This document shows positions 11,879 to 23,102 of a stretch of DNA of 64,000 nucleotides, in pieces (the stretch's first letter is position 1; each line of letters starts with the position of its first letter). Below the pieces are notes generated by a model. It had not been told where the DNA came from, made no database searches, and was given only the letters and a program-made list of their open reading frames with translations. Source of the DNA: Naegleria gruberi (taxonomy: Eukaryota). The DNA lies in NCBI GenBank assembly GCA_000004985.1, contig GG738854.1; one strand, given 5' to 3'. The position numbers and the translations under genes were made by a program.

Positions 11879-14309
11879 ATGAGTCAAGGAGGAAAGACAC
11901 CATCTTTGGGTGGAACCAACAAGTTGCTCATTCCTAGTTATATTCAAAGAAAGGGACAAATGGGAAAGAGTGATGTTGATGATAAATTGGAAAAAATCAT
12001 CCATGCTATTGATCAAATCTATCAAGAAAATCAATCCCAATTATCTTTCCAAGTTCTTTATACGTAAGTTGTTATTGTTTCTATAGAAAAAGGAGATGAT
12101 TTACCTTGATTCGTGTTATTGTTAATTATTCCATATTTTGTTGATTTGATGGCCTTTTCTCCACTTTCCATCATTTTAATACAACACACAATATGATCAA
12201 CAACAAAAACATGATGATCTACACAACAATAATGATAGATCGGGCTACCAAATCGTTCTTCACAAAAACGGAGACTCATTATATGATGCTGTCAAGAACA
12301 AGCTCAGCGAATACATTCAAGGTGTTAGAGAAAAGACTATGGAATTCACTGATGATGGATTCTTGAAGGAACTTTTAAAACAATGGGAAAAGCACAGAAC
12401 ATCCGTAAGCATGGTCAGAGATATTCTCATGTATATGGATCGTAACTATGTTAAACAATTTAAAAAGACACCAGTTTATGAACTTGGTATCAAACTTTTT
12501 GGTACTGAAGTTTTCCACAAATCTACTTTGGAAAGAATTCAAAGACTTATCATGGATATTATCCTCAAGGACAGATGTGGTGAAGTTGTTGCCGATCGTT
12601 TCTTAATGAAGAGTCTTACACAAATGATGATTGAAATTTCCAAGAAGGATATCTATGAAACTCACTTTGAAAAGAAGCTTTTAGATGAAACTAGACAATT
12701 CTATACCAAGGAATCCAATGAATATTTCGAATCTTCTACTGCTACTGATTATCTTAAGAAGGTTACTCTTCGTTTGAAGGAAGAAAGAGAAAGAGTTGAC
12801 AGATGTATGGACCCTGATACTAAACCAAAAATTGAAGCTGTTCTCAAGAATGTAATGATTGATAAGTATAAGCATAGAATTATTGAAAAGGAAGGATCGG
12901 GATGTATTGCCATGCTTCAAACTTGGAAGGTTGATGATTTACGTCTTGTATTCGATGTCTTGTCACTTGTTGAAGGTGCTTTGGATCCATGTGTTGATTT
13001 GGTTGAAAACTTTTGTAGAAGTGAAGGTTATCAAATTGTTAAAGATAAGAATAAGGAAGAAAATCCAGTCGATTTTATTGCTGACTTGATTGTTTTGAAA
13101 GAAAAGTATGAAGGTTTGCTTGATCGTGCCTTCTCTGTCAAGAAGGGTAAACAATCTGCCAGAGATTCTAAATTCCAAGCTTGTGTTAAGAAAGCTTTTG
13201 ATGATACTATTAATGCCAATGAAAGATTCCCTGAATTCTTGTCACTCTATGTTGACAGCAAGTTGAAGAAGGGTAAGACCCAAGTTAGTGAATCTGAATT
13301 TGATGTTCTCTTTGAACAAGTTATTACTCTCTTTAGACATTTGCGTGAAAAGGATATTTTCGAAAAGTATTACAAGACTCACTTGGCTAAGAGATTGCTC
13401 AATCAACGTTCACAATCTGATGATGCTGAAAAGGCCTTTATCGGTAAATTGAAACAAGAATTTGGTTATCAATTTACTGCCAAACTTGAAGGCATGTTTA
13501 ACGATATGAGACTTTCCAGAGAAACTAATGAATCTTTCAAGTCTTATATTGATAGATTTCCAAACAAGAAACCAGCTATTGATTTGTCTGTTCAAGTTTT
13601 GACAACTGGTTACTGGCCTGTTACTCAATCTATTGCAATTACAGTTCCAGAAACTATTGACAAGTCTGCAAATATTTTCAAGGAATTCTATATTGATTCT
13701 CACAATGGTAGAAAGCTTACATGGCAATACAATATGGGTAGTGCTGATATCAAGGCTAATGGTTATGATAAGAAGTATGAAATTAACGTTTCCACCTTCC
13801 AAATGGTTGTCTTGTTGTTGTTCAATGAAAAGGAAACTATTTCATATGGTGATATTTTGCAAACTACCAAGATTCCAATGAATGAATTGAAGAAGAACTT
13901 GCTTGCTTTGACTGTCAAGACCGCTACTCACCAAAAGTTATTGACTTCTAGCACTGATAAGACTTTGACTAAGGAATCTGTTTTTACTGTAAATAATGAA
14001 TTTGAAAGTAAGCTTATCAAGGTTAAGATTGCACCAATCGTTTTGAAGGAAACTAAGGAACAACAAGAAGAAACTAAACAAAAGATTGATGAAGAAAGAA
14101 AATGGCTTTTGGATGCCACAATTGTTCGTATCATGAAGGCAAGAAAGACCTTGGAACACAGAGACTTGGTCATTGAAGTTACTAAACAATTGCAACAAAG
14201 ATTTATGCCATCTCCTGACATGATTAAGAAGCGTATTGAAAGTTTGATTGAAAGAGAATATTTAGAACGTTCACAAGAGAGTCGTTCCAAGTACAACTAT
14301 GTAGCATAA
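11879..14309 (+). CDS. CUL3: Cullin-3
   Basis: Exon 1 11879-12063 (...QLSFQVLYT) ends at GTAAGT. A 175-nt intron spans 12064-12238, with acceptor gatag. Exon 2 12239-14309. Protein matches Cul3 along its length: YQIVLHKNGDSLY, MVRDILMYMDRNYV, LSLYVDSKLKKG, FEKYYKTHLAKRLL, KLKQEFGYQFTAKLEGMFNDM, and C-terminal cullin-homology/neddylation region IVRIMKARK...IESLIEREYLERS...YNYVA. Confidence 0.9.
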
Positions 14310-14408
14310 GTTAAATTACTTATAATATTAAAATCATAATTTATTTTTGTAAACTACAACCATATCTCTACAAGTTCAAGGATTTGATCATATGAATGAA
14401 TATAAAAA

Positions 14409-15662
14409 ATGTCAACACAAGATGTTCTCTGTTATGCATTTACATTTCTCGATTATTCACACGTAGGAATCTTGTGTCTCGTCTGCAAGGAATGGAACAT
14501 GATTGCAAGCTCAAATCGATTATGGGAATTTTACTTTCATCTTTTATCCAACAATCGGAGTGGAAAAACAAAAGTACCAACAGAAACCATCACCAATAAT
14601 CCCAAATTCTGGAAACACAAAATACGAGACAATTTTACAAACTACACTTGCAGAACCTCAAAGAGAATTGATCCGAGAAGTTCTTTACCAAGTTTATTGA
14701 AAGGAAGTTTTCCAGACAATTTTTCATCACTCTATTCTAGAATGAATTTGAGAAAACCATTCAAATTAGTTAGTACTACTTGGGAAGAGGAATTTAACAC
14801 CAATCAGACTTATTACAAGATGAGTGTGAAAATTAGTGGAATTGATTCACCATTGATTGTGAGATGGAGTACGATTAGCAGTAATTTTGGACTTTTTGAA
14901 TATAACTATTCCAAGCTGTTTTATTATTATTTTGCAATGGAGAAGGATGACTTGTTGAATGAAAATGAGTTTTTTGTGAAGGAAATGAATAGTGCAGATT
15001 TTGAAAATTTGGGAAAGAGTAATAGAGCTTTCCTTTTCAAATTTAATGGAAAGGCTAATCCAGGAAGCGTCTATGGAAAGGAATATTTGGTAAGGGAGAT
15101 TCTTGATTATTTGGTTCCAACTGTGAATTCATACCAAATGTCACCAATGAACTTCATTCCATATTGGTGTTTCTTATTCGATTTGATTATGTATTCTAAT
15201 GATTATCATAAGGAACTTTACAAACACTATCCTGCCATGATTTCCCATCCATCCGTATACAAATTCTTCTACCTGAAATACCAACCAAGAGTTGTAACAA
15301 TTACAAAATCTGCTCTGAATCAATTTTCCACCTATAAACCAGGCAATGAAACTGAAACGAAGCTCTTCAAATCCATCACAGAAAACCATGTTGAATCCAT
15401 TAATTTCGAATCAGAAAATAGAGAGCAACTCATGACAGGCATTCAAGGTTTGTACAAAATAATTGTTTCACGTCCCTCAAAGTTTTTCCCTCCCTTACCA
15501 CTCGCAAAAACAATTCAATATGATGAGAAGGAGGAATTTGAAATTAAGGCAAGCTATTTGGCAAGTGTTTACAAAATGTGTAAATATATGGATGAACATA
15601 TGGATTGGTATTTGGGAAGTAAACTTAGAAAATCATATCAAATTGATCTGTCTAATAAATAA
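14409..15662 (+). CDS. F-box domain protein
   Basis: N-terminal F-box-like motif VLCYAFTFLDYSHVGILCLVCKEWNMIASSNRLWE; true ATG at 14409; 417 aa with no other recognisable domain. Lies immediately downstream of Cul3. Confidence 0.6.
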   Translation: MSTQDVLCYAFTFLDYSHVGILCLVCKEWNMIASSNRLWEFYFHLLSNNRSGKTKVPTETITNNPKFWKHKIRDNFTNYTCRTSKRIDPRSSLPSLLKGSFPDNFSSLYSRMNLRKPFKLVSTTWEEEFNTNQTYYKMSVKISGIDSPLIVRWSTISSNFGLFEYNYSKLFYYYFAMEKDDLLNENEFFVKEMNSADFENLGKSNRAFLFKFNGKANPGSVYGKEYLVREILDYLVPTVNSYQMSPMNFIPYWCFLFDLIMYSNDYHKELYKHYPAMISHPSVYKFFYLKYQPRVVTITKSALNQFSTYKPGNETETKLFKSITENHVESINFESENREQLMTGIQGLYKIIVSRPSKFFPPLPLAKTIQYDEKEEFEIKASYLASVYKMCKYMDEHMDWYLGSKLRKSYQIDLSNK

Positions 15663-15787
15663 TTCCTTTGGGTGAAATCATGCAAGAAGAAGAAAATGAT
15701 AGTAATTGAATGTAATATTGCTTTTATTGCAAACTTGCTAATGTTCTCAGAATTTCCCTTCTCAAATATGTACATTATATTTTACAA

Positions 15788-17290
15788 TTAAAAGTCAACC
15801 TTCTTCTTCTTGAGCTTGTCAACCTTAATCTTATCAATTTTCATTTCACGTTGGAAAGCAAGCGATTGTTTGAATCTGTGATGAGTATCCATCATTACGA
15901 GACAAGTTTCCTTTTCCAAAATATTGAACATATCTTCTGGAAGAGTTTCAATTTGCTTATCATTGAACTTGTCAAGCTTATCCTTGACAGCATCAACCAA
16001 AACGTGAGAAATATTGACAGCCATATCACCTGTAACTTCCAAGAATTCAGTAAAGATTTCAAATGCAACTTCATACTTTTTAGCTTCAACTTCTGCGTAT
16101 TCCTTTTCAAGTGGTGATTCCTTCTTCTTCTTTGATGATTGAGCTGAATCTCCTGAAATATCACTTGAAATATCACTCAATACATTGTTATCACCGAATA
16201 ATCTCATTTGTAAATCCAAAGAACGTTCACACAAGGATCTAAAATATTGAATCTTTTCAAGTAAAAGATAATTTTCAACTGATTTTTCCTTTTCACAATG
16301 AATTTTGAAAAGAGCTCTCAAACCATCATCTTCCATTGTGTCCATCAACATGATTGCATTGGCACGACGAATCTTATCCAAATAAAGTGAATCACGATTG
16401 ATGGCATATGTGAAAACAAAGACAATGATTGGTAGAATGACGAATAGTGAAACTACAATGACAACTAACTGAACCAATGTAATTGCCAATACTTGAGTGT
16501 CCTTTTCCTTTTCCTTAGTTTGCACAAATGAAACCAATTGATCGAGACCTCCCTCAAAAGTTTTTAAAATTGTGTTATACGAATCTGAACTAATCTTTGC
16601 CTGAGCATCTGCCTTTTGATCCTGGAAAACCATAATCATAGTTTGTGAATTGAGTGAATCCAAAGTATTTGAAGCTTCAATCGAAGTTGAATTGAAAGTT
16701 TTTTGAATTGACGCATCGTCCAAATTTCTCAAAATTGTTTGTAAGAGAGTTTTCATTTCCTGTGTTGAATTCTTATAATTAAATTGATAACTATTGTACA
16801 TTGAAAGATCAGCAGCTGCTCCAACAAAGGTATATTTCAAAACTAGTGAATTTGAACTTTCGAATAATGAAGTGACCTTTCCCACAGCAATTAAAATATC
16901 AGTTGATTTCGAACTAGCAGTTATGAAAGCAGCAATTGCAACAGCTGCCAAAACAACCAAACCAACAACTGTCACCATCATTCCAAGTAAACAAGCTAAT
17001 TTCATTGAAGTCAACTCAACCACTCCACAACATGTTCGTAAAGTTATTTTACTTTGACTGAATGAACTTCCCGAACGACCACTTTCACTTGGGTTGACTA
17101 GATTCACCTGTGATTGTGTTACAGTTGGTTTTGTGGTGGTTGGTGAAGCAATAGTGACAACTTTCTTATTCGAAACTTGGGTGGAAATTTGGTTTGGTGG
17201 AAGGTTGAGGTGAGAACCGGAAGTGATTGGAGAGTGTGGTTTATCGCTGGGAGAACCTATCTGACTTGAAGTTGATGTTGTGTTATTCAT
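15788..17290 (-). CDS. Two-TM membrane protein with C-terminal RGS (regulator of G-protein signalling) domain
   Basis: TM helices LACLLGMMVTVVGLVVLAAVAIAAFI and VLAITLVQLVVIVVSLFVILPIIVFVF. The C-terminal region LRALFKIHCEKEKSVENYLLLEKIQYF...EIFTEFLEVTGDMAVNISHVL...RFKQSLAFQ fits the RGS fold pattern. True ATG at 17290. Confidence 0.6.
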   Translation of the reverse strand: MNNTTSTSSQIGSPSDKPHSPITSGSHLNLPPNQISTQVSNKKVVTIASPTTTKPTVTQSQVNLVNPSESGRSGSSFSQSKITLRTCCGVVELTSMKLACLLGMMVTVVGLVVLAAVAIAAFITASSKSTDILIAVGKVTSLFESSNSLVLKYTFVGAAADLSMYNSYQFNYKNSTQEMKTLLQTILRNLDDASIQKTFNSTSIEASNTLDSLNSQTMIMVFQDQKADAQAKISSDSYNTILKTFEGGLDQLVSFVQTKEKEKDTQVLAITLVQLVVIVVSLFVILPIIVFVFTYAINRDSLYLDKIRRANAIMLMDTMEDDGLRALFKIHCEKEKSVENYLLLEKIQYFRSLCERSLDLQMRLFGDNNVLSDISSDISGDSAQSSKKKKESPLEKEYAEVEAKKYEVAFEIFTEFLEVTGDMAVNISHVLVDAVKDKLDKFNDKQIETLPEDMFNILEKETCLVMMDTHHRFKQSLAFQREMKIDKIKVDKLKKKKVDF

Positions 17291-17409
17291 TTTCTTATTG
17301 TTGTTGTTGTTGTGATATCTTGAAGATTAGGATAATATTATTGGAAACTGAAGGATAACATTATGATAACAAGCACAATGCAATAGGGTTGCGTTATTTG
17401 TGCGATAAA

Positions 17410-17425
17410 CAATGCAATTGCATTG
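17410..17425. repeat. 16-bp perfect palindrome CAATGCAATTGCATTG in the intergenic region upstream of the RGS gene
   Basis: Read directly from the sequence; it is its own reverse complement; sits 120 bp upstream of the ATG at 17290. Confidence 0.5.
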
Positions 17426-18290
17426 CGCAGAAACACGAAACAATTTAAACATTATCAGTCTGAATACGAAACCTACCTATTCTTTGCCGGCAATTTATTC
17501 GAAACAAAATAATCTCTCAAGTGTTGTCTGTTTTTTTTCTGTGTGTATTTTGCATCTCTCTGAGATGTTGATATCTGTTCAAGTGAACATTTCTATGAAA
17601 ATACAAAAAGAAGCACTTGCCATTTTGGAGGCGGAAGAAAGCTGACGAAAGGAATTTTTTAGCTAGTCTGCATTTTAATTGTATAATTCTGTCTAAATGT
17701 TGAGTTGCTTGTCTTTGGGTTGTCTTTCTGTGTTGGTTTCTGATTTGATGTGCGAAATGTAGAGATATTTCGAATAGAGTAAGGTTGAGGGTTGCATCTA
17801 TTGAATTCGCGATGTTGCTTTTGAGATTTCTACATAATAGTATGGAATGGCCACATTGTAAATATGTAGAAATTTACAAAATTCACATTGAAGGAAGTTG
17901 TGACATTGAAGGAAGTGGGAGAAACGAAACTCCATTGCATTTTTGTTTAGTTTTGTTGAATCTTGGGTGAAAGGTTTGGTGTTTGTTTCCATTCCTTGCG
18001 CATCATAAAATGCAATATAGCAATTAGGAAGTGAAAGTTCAGATTTAATAACCGATTGAGCAGAATAATAGATACTGTCGTTTGGCAGTTCATATTTCTG
18101 AACAGAATGCTAGCCGTTCGATAGATGGAAAGTTGTGTTTCAATTTGAATGAGAGGCAAAGTGGAAAGGAATCTCATGGAAAGTAATGGAAGAACAACAA
18201 ATCATGGTTTTGGCAACTTGCTTTCAAACTGAAACACACTCGGCACCTCTTTTAACTGTTGTCTTAACTATGTTGTTTGAAATATTGGAT

Positions 18291-18380
18291 GGTGCGATGG
18301 TCGAGTGGTCTAAGACGACACGTTAAGGTATTCTAATACCGTGTTCCGCAAGGGCGTGGGTTCAAATCCCACTCGCATCA
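18291..18380 (+). tRNA. tRNA-Leu(AAG), class II, with a 10-nt intron 3' of the anticodon
   Basis: Acceptor GGTGCGA/TCGCATC with one G-U pair; 3-bp D stem GTC/GAC with GG-containing D loop; anticodon stem ACACG/CGTGT; loop TTAAGG followed by the intron. Long variable arm, T arm GTGGG-TTCAAAT-CCCAC, discriminator A. T-run terminator at 18383-18387. Confidence 0.85.
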
Positions 18381-18655
18381 AATTTTTGCTTCAACTGAGT
18401 TAATATGGTATTGTGAGAAGGAAAAATCTCTTTACTTTGAGAATGAAGACGGTTCCAGAAGATGAATTTCCTCACAGATGTTGACTTGTTCTGTTTTGCA
18501 AAATGGCACTGTGGCATGACTATTAGAAATCATCCATTTTTTTAAAGTTGACCAGTTAAATACCAAATAGATCAATAAAATCTGATTTCATTGACCTCAA
18601 TTCAATTAGGGAGGTGTTGAATAAATCAATTATTTAATATTAACGATGAGGAAGC

Positions 18656-19384
18656 TTAAATAATGGCAGCTGTTGCTGTAATTTCAATTCTCCATTCAGG
18701 TCTAGCCAATTGAGCTTGAACAGTAGCTCTTGGTGGAGTATTACCTTTTGGAACCCAAGCATCCCATACCTTATTCATTCCAGCAAAATCCTCAACCATA
18801 TTAGCCAAGAAAATTTGAACCATCAATAATTTTGTCTTGTCAGTTCCTGCCTCCTTAAGACGAGCATCAAGCATTGCCAAAACTTCCTCAGTTTGTCCTT
18901 CAATATCCTTAGTTCCATCATCTGGTACTTGTCCTGAAATGTACAAAACTCCCTGATAAGCAGCAGTCTCACTAAAACGTTCTCCAACATGGAATCTCAC
19001 CAAACCATTATTCTCAATTCCTGAACGAGTTTGAGCTTGCAATTGTACCTTAATTTTAGCATCAACTTGTGAATCAATTTCCATCAATGTAACAGCAGGT
19101 AATTGATTTCCAAAAACTCTTCTCAAAACTGAAAAACAACTTGTAAAATCCTCATCCACATTTCTAAATTGGAGGGTGAGTCTTTCAACATCTCGGAGTG
19201 ATGCGGAGGCAACAATTTGCTTGATGGATTGTTCCGCATTGGTTAAACATTGTTCAAATTGTTCGATCAGATTTTGTTCTTGTTGTTGTGGAGTGCTGTT
19301 TGTGATTGGAACGAAAATTGCTCCATTTTCTTCTATGATGGCTTTTTGCATTTTTTTTAACTTTGACTTTTCAAAATATTTCAT
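18656..19384 (-). CDS. RidA/YjgF/L-PSP family protein with an N-terminal extension of about 100 aa
   Basis: C-terminal domain YQGVLYISGQVP...QTEEVLAMLDARLKEAG...FLANMVEDFAGMNKVWDAW...PPRATVQAQLARPEWRIEI matches the RidA fold and its PxR...IEI signature. True ATG at 19384. Confidence 0.7.
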   Translation of the reverse strand: MKYFEKSKLKKMQKAIIEENGAIFVPITNSTPQQQEQNLIEQFEQCLTNAEQSIKQIVASASLRDVERLTLQFRNVDEDFTSCFSVLRRVFGNQLPAVTLMEIDSQVDAKIKVQLQAQTRSGIENNGLVRFHVGERFSETAAYQGVLYISGQVPDDGTKDIEGQTEEVLAMLDARLKEAGTDKTKLLMVQIFLANMVEDFAGMNKVWDAWVPKGNTPPRATVQAQLARPEWRIEITATAAII

Positions 19385-19635
19385 AATTTACAAAAACTGT
19401 TACATGGAATAGGTACACGGTGATAATTATTTGAATTGAATAAACTCTCAATATTTATTCGATTTAATTCTTTCAAAGTTCCAAAAATTTAGAATTGGTT
19501 GTTCTCGATATTTTGATGAACATTTAATCATGCGTCTTGTTAAATTCCTCGATTAATTTCCAATCGAATATCTTACATTGCTGAAATACAATATTGACAG
19601 TGATTCCACTATTCACATAACATATCCAAATAATC

Positions 19636-21842
19636 TCAAAAGTCCTGAGAAAGCCTTAAGAGCATTTCTTGACAAACTTTTTCAGGTAATTTGTAAATTC
19701 TATTGGTGTGATCCCTGAAAAGTTGTTTTCTGTTGGTAATGCTAAACTTGACAATCTCTCTCAAAAATTGCTCAAATGATTGTAAATCAAGATATTTTTC
19801 ACATGCTTCAAGTATTGTAAAGTAATTATCAATGGATAGATTAAAGTTATTCTTGCAATAATCGACCAGATATTGAATTTCATGTTTCATTGCCATATCA
19901 AGTAATCCAATAATTTTAACATCATCAATTTTGTCAGTTGAAATTCCATAACAATATTTGATCACAATTTCCAATAATTCCAAATCTTCTGATTCGTCAG
20001 GTGTGAATATTCCATCATCACTCAAATCACTGAAACAAGATCCACTGTCAAATAATGCATTAAACAATGTGCTAAATGAAGTCAATATAGTTTTGTGACA
20101 ATATAAGTATTTGTCTTGTCCCATTTTGATTTTCACATCACTTGTTTTCTTGTCATTATATAATGATTCAATTATTTGTGGCTCAGTTTCAATTGTTTCC
20201 TCAATATTAATTGCAGTTGGTTGAGTAATGATCATTTTTGAAAAAATGGCAGTAGCATTTCTCATAATTATTGGAAGAGTTGGTAATAAAGTGTTTCCTT
20301 TTTTGGTCCTCATTTGAACAACAGCATATTCAATACAATAGTTATTCAAATGATCAAGAATGTAATTTTGAACATTGAATTCCTCATTGCAAATTTTGAG
20401 TAAATTTTCAATTGTTTCCCATTTGAAAGTAAGATTTTCTAATGTGAGTGAGTTCACAAATTCACTTGTCAATGATCTTTTCAAATCAATAAATTCACCA
20501 TTCTTAAATAAACCCAAAATGAATAAAACATCCAAGATTTCTTCTTTGCTAAACTTTACCTTATTCTTATCATACATCAAAGAATCAATTAATTTTTGAA
20601 TAATTTCTTGTGATGAACTCATCAAACAAAGTAACTTTTCATTCTTCAAAATGTTACTAAATTTTGGTGAAGTTTTTTCAATGAGGGGAATGAATCCATA
20701 AATTGGCAATCCAAATAATTCATCTCTTGAATGTTTTTTCAAATTATGAAATTCTATTTTAGAATGTAAGTTACCATTTCCAGTTAATAACTTATTTCCA
20801 ATATGAGGATACGTTCTAATATCAAAAGGTGAATCACCACTGAATCCAGCAGTTCCATTTCCAGCAATTGTTATAATATTTCCATTTTCTAATATTTTTC
20901 TAATTCTATTATTATAATAATCAGCAATATAAACTTCATTATTTGATGAAACAAAAACACTAAAAGGATGATTCAGTCGTGCATTTGTTGCAAGACCATT
21001 ATCACCATTGAATCCATGAATTCCATTTCCAGCAATTGTTATAATATTTCCATTTTCTAATATTTTTCTAATTCTATTATTAAAATAATCAGCAATATAA
21101 ACTTCATTATTTGATGAAACAAAAACACTATAAGGAGATTCAGTCGTGCATTTGTTGCAAGACCATTATCACCATTGAATCCATGAGTTCCATTTCCAGC
21201 AATTGTTATAATATTTCCATTTTCTAATATTTTTCTAATTCTATTATTAAAATAATCAGCAATATAAACTTCATTATTTGATGAAACAAAAACACTATAG
21301 GATGAATTCAGTTGTGCATTTGTTGCAAGACCATTATCACCACTGAATCCATGAATTCCATTTCCAGCAATTGTTACAATATTTCCATTTTCTAATATTT
21401 TTCTAATTCTATGATTACCTTGATCAGCAATATAAACTTCATTATTTGATGAAACAAAAACACTGCAAGGAGTATACAGTTGTGCATTTGTTGCAAGACC
21501 ATTATCACCACTGAATCCATGAATTCCATTTCCAGCAATTGTTATAATATTTCCATTTTCTAATATTTTTCTAATTCTATTATTACCTTGATCAGCAATA
21601 TAAACTTCATTATTTGATGAAACAAAAACACTGTAAGGACGATTCAGTTGTGCATTTGTTGCAAGACCATTATCACCACTGGAACCCTTAGTTCCATTTC
21701 CAGCAATTGTTACAATAGTTCCATTTTCCAATATTTTTCTAATTCTATTATTAAAACAATCAGCAATATAAACTTCATTATTTGATGAAACAAAAACATT
21801 ATTAGGTCGATTCAGTTGTGCACTGGTAGCAAGCGAAGACAT
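19636..21842 (-). CDS. NHL-repeat + BTB-domain protein (paralog A); reading frame broken by a 1-nt deletion near 21140-21150, so a pseudogene or a sequence error
   Basis: From ATG 21842 (MSSLATSAQLNRP...) the N-terminal half is iterated NHL repeats of consensus N...SVFVSSNNEVYIAD..NNRIRKILENGNIITIAGNG..GFSGDNGLATNAQL. One repeat (ctgaatc-tccttatag) has lost a base relative to its neighbours (ctgaatcatccttttag), which shifts the frame. The C-terminal half 19636-20742 carries KYLYCHKTILTSFSTLFNALFDSGSCFSDLSDDGIFTPDESEDLELLEIVIKYCYGI, a BTB fold, and is colinear with the gene at 54132-56366. Confidence 0.75.
20790..21810. repeat. Tandem array of about 120-bp units (one NHL blade each) with near-identical nucleotide sequence inside the NHL-BTB gene
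   Basis: Eight or more copies of ...attgttataatatttccattttctaatatttttctaattctattatt...agcaatataaacttcattatttgatgaaacaaaaacact... show only scattered substitutions. This is a coding repeat, not a CRISPR array or satellite. Confidence 0.8.
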
Positions 21843-22508
21843 TTTTTTAATTGTAATCCGAACGGAAACAACAAAATTCAAAGGATGAAAGGTGAATTTG
21901 TTGATACTTCATTCAACAGGAAGCAAAGGATGAGCAATAGACCCTAAGAAGAAAGCAACCAACATATGATGAGGAACATGGCAAGAAACTGAAAATATTG
22001 CCTGAATATTGGTCATTCACTCCGATACTTTACCTGACTTCAAAGCAACAGAGGAAATGCTATGATGAAGCGTATTACTCAAGATGAAGAATACACTGTA
22101 AATCCTACTTTGCTGAGAGTGGTGAAGCATCGTTCTTGAATCATTTTTTTAAGGAGTGTTTTAAAAATATATTTATCTAAAAGGAGCCACGTGACCTTAA
22201 CTTTAAAGTTTGATAAGCTGCTAACTAGCAGACAACATGACGATAAGTCTGGTACTGGCGGAAGAGTGAGGGAACAACATTTAGTGCTAATCATAATTTT
22301 CATGAGCATCTCAATGGCACTAGTACAGAAAAATCTGAATTTTCAAAAGCTAACTTCCTATATGCTGCAGTTTAGCAGTGGCTTTCAATCCTCGCTAGAT
22401 ATATATTGCCATTCCTGATGTGACTTTCAATTAATAAATTTCAATGTGCTCATTGAGTCACTTTGAATTAAGGTGTTGTTTTATTTTTAAAAAAAAATTT
22501 TAAAAAAA

Positions 22509-23102
22509 ATGCACAATTTGTTTAAACCTAACGAACAGTTTTCTGAGGAAGAGTTTAAGAGAAAGGCGTTATCGGGTCAATTTAAGGTATTGTCTGATTT
22601 CAATTCCGCAACCATTCTAAAAGAAAATCAAGAATTGGGATTACTAACTACTGAACAACAAGCTCCTCCTACCATAGAATTTCTTAAACTCGAGAAAAGT
22701 TGGTTACAGGCTAAAGAGTTGGCAACGAAACTCCTGAATGAAAATCAAGATCTTAAAACGTTTATTGAAACTCAAGAGAATGACTTTTATGAGATATCCG
22801 AAAAGAGAGAAAACGAAGTTGAAATTCTTCAAAACAAATATTCCGAAGCCTGTGAATTGAATCAAAAATACCAGCTTACACTTGAAGGTATCGTTAAAGA
22901 TGTTAAAGCCATCCAAAAGGAAAGCAATGAGCTCAAAATCCGTATTACTGCTGTTGAAAAGGAGAATCAAGACTTCAAGAAGGAAAATCAAGACCTCAAA
23001 ACCCGTATTACTGATGTTGAGAAGGAGAACGAAGGCTTTAAAATCCGTATTACTAATGTTGAACAAGAATTGCAACTTATGCAAATTCTTAATGCCTTAT
23101 AA
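22509..23102 (+). CDS. Coiled-coil protein with a 14-aa tandem heptad-type repeat (IRITxVEKENQDFKKENQDLKT...)
   Basis: 197-aa ORF with true ATG at 22509 and charged heptad-like periodicity. The small ORF at 23112-23393 may be a further exon. Confidence 0.45.
   Translation: MHNLFKPNEQFSEEEFKRKALSGQFKVLSDFNSATILKENQELGLLTTEQQAPPTIEFLKLEKSWLQAKELATKLLNENQDLKTFIETQENDFYEISEKRENEVEILQNKYSEACELNQKYQLTLEGIVKDVKAIQKESNELKIRITAVEKENQDFKKENQDLKTRITDVEKENEGFKIRITNVEQELQLMQILNAL

Noticed and set aside
20790-21810. Regularly spaced near-identical 120-bp repeats that could be mistaken for a CRISPR array or satellite
   Set aside because: They are in-frame coding repeats (NHL beta-propeller blades) of a protein gene. 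No spacer/repeat alternation, no leader, no cas genes, and the genome is eukaryotic.
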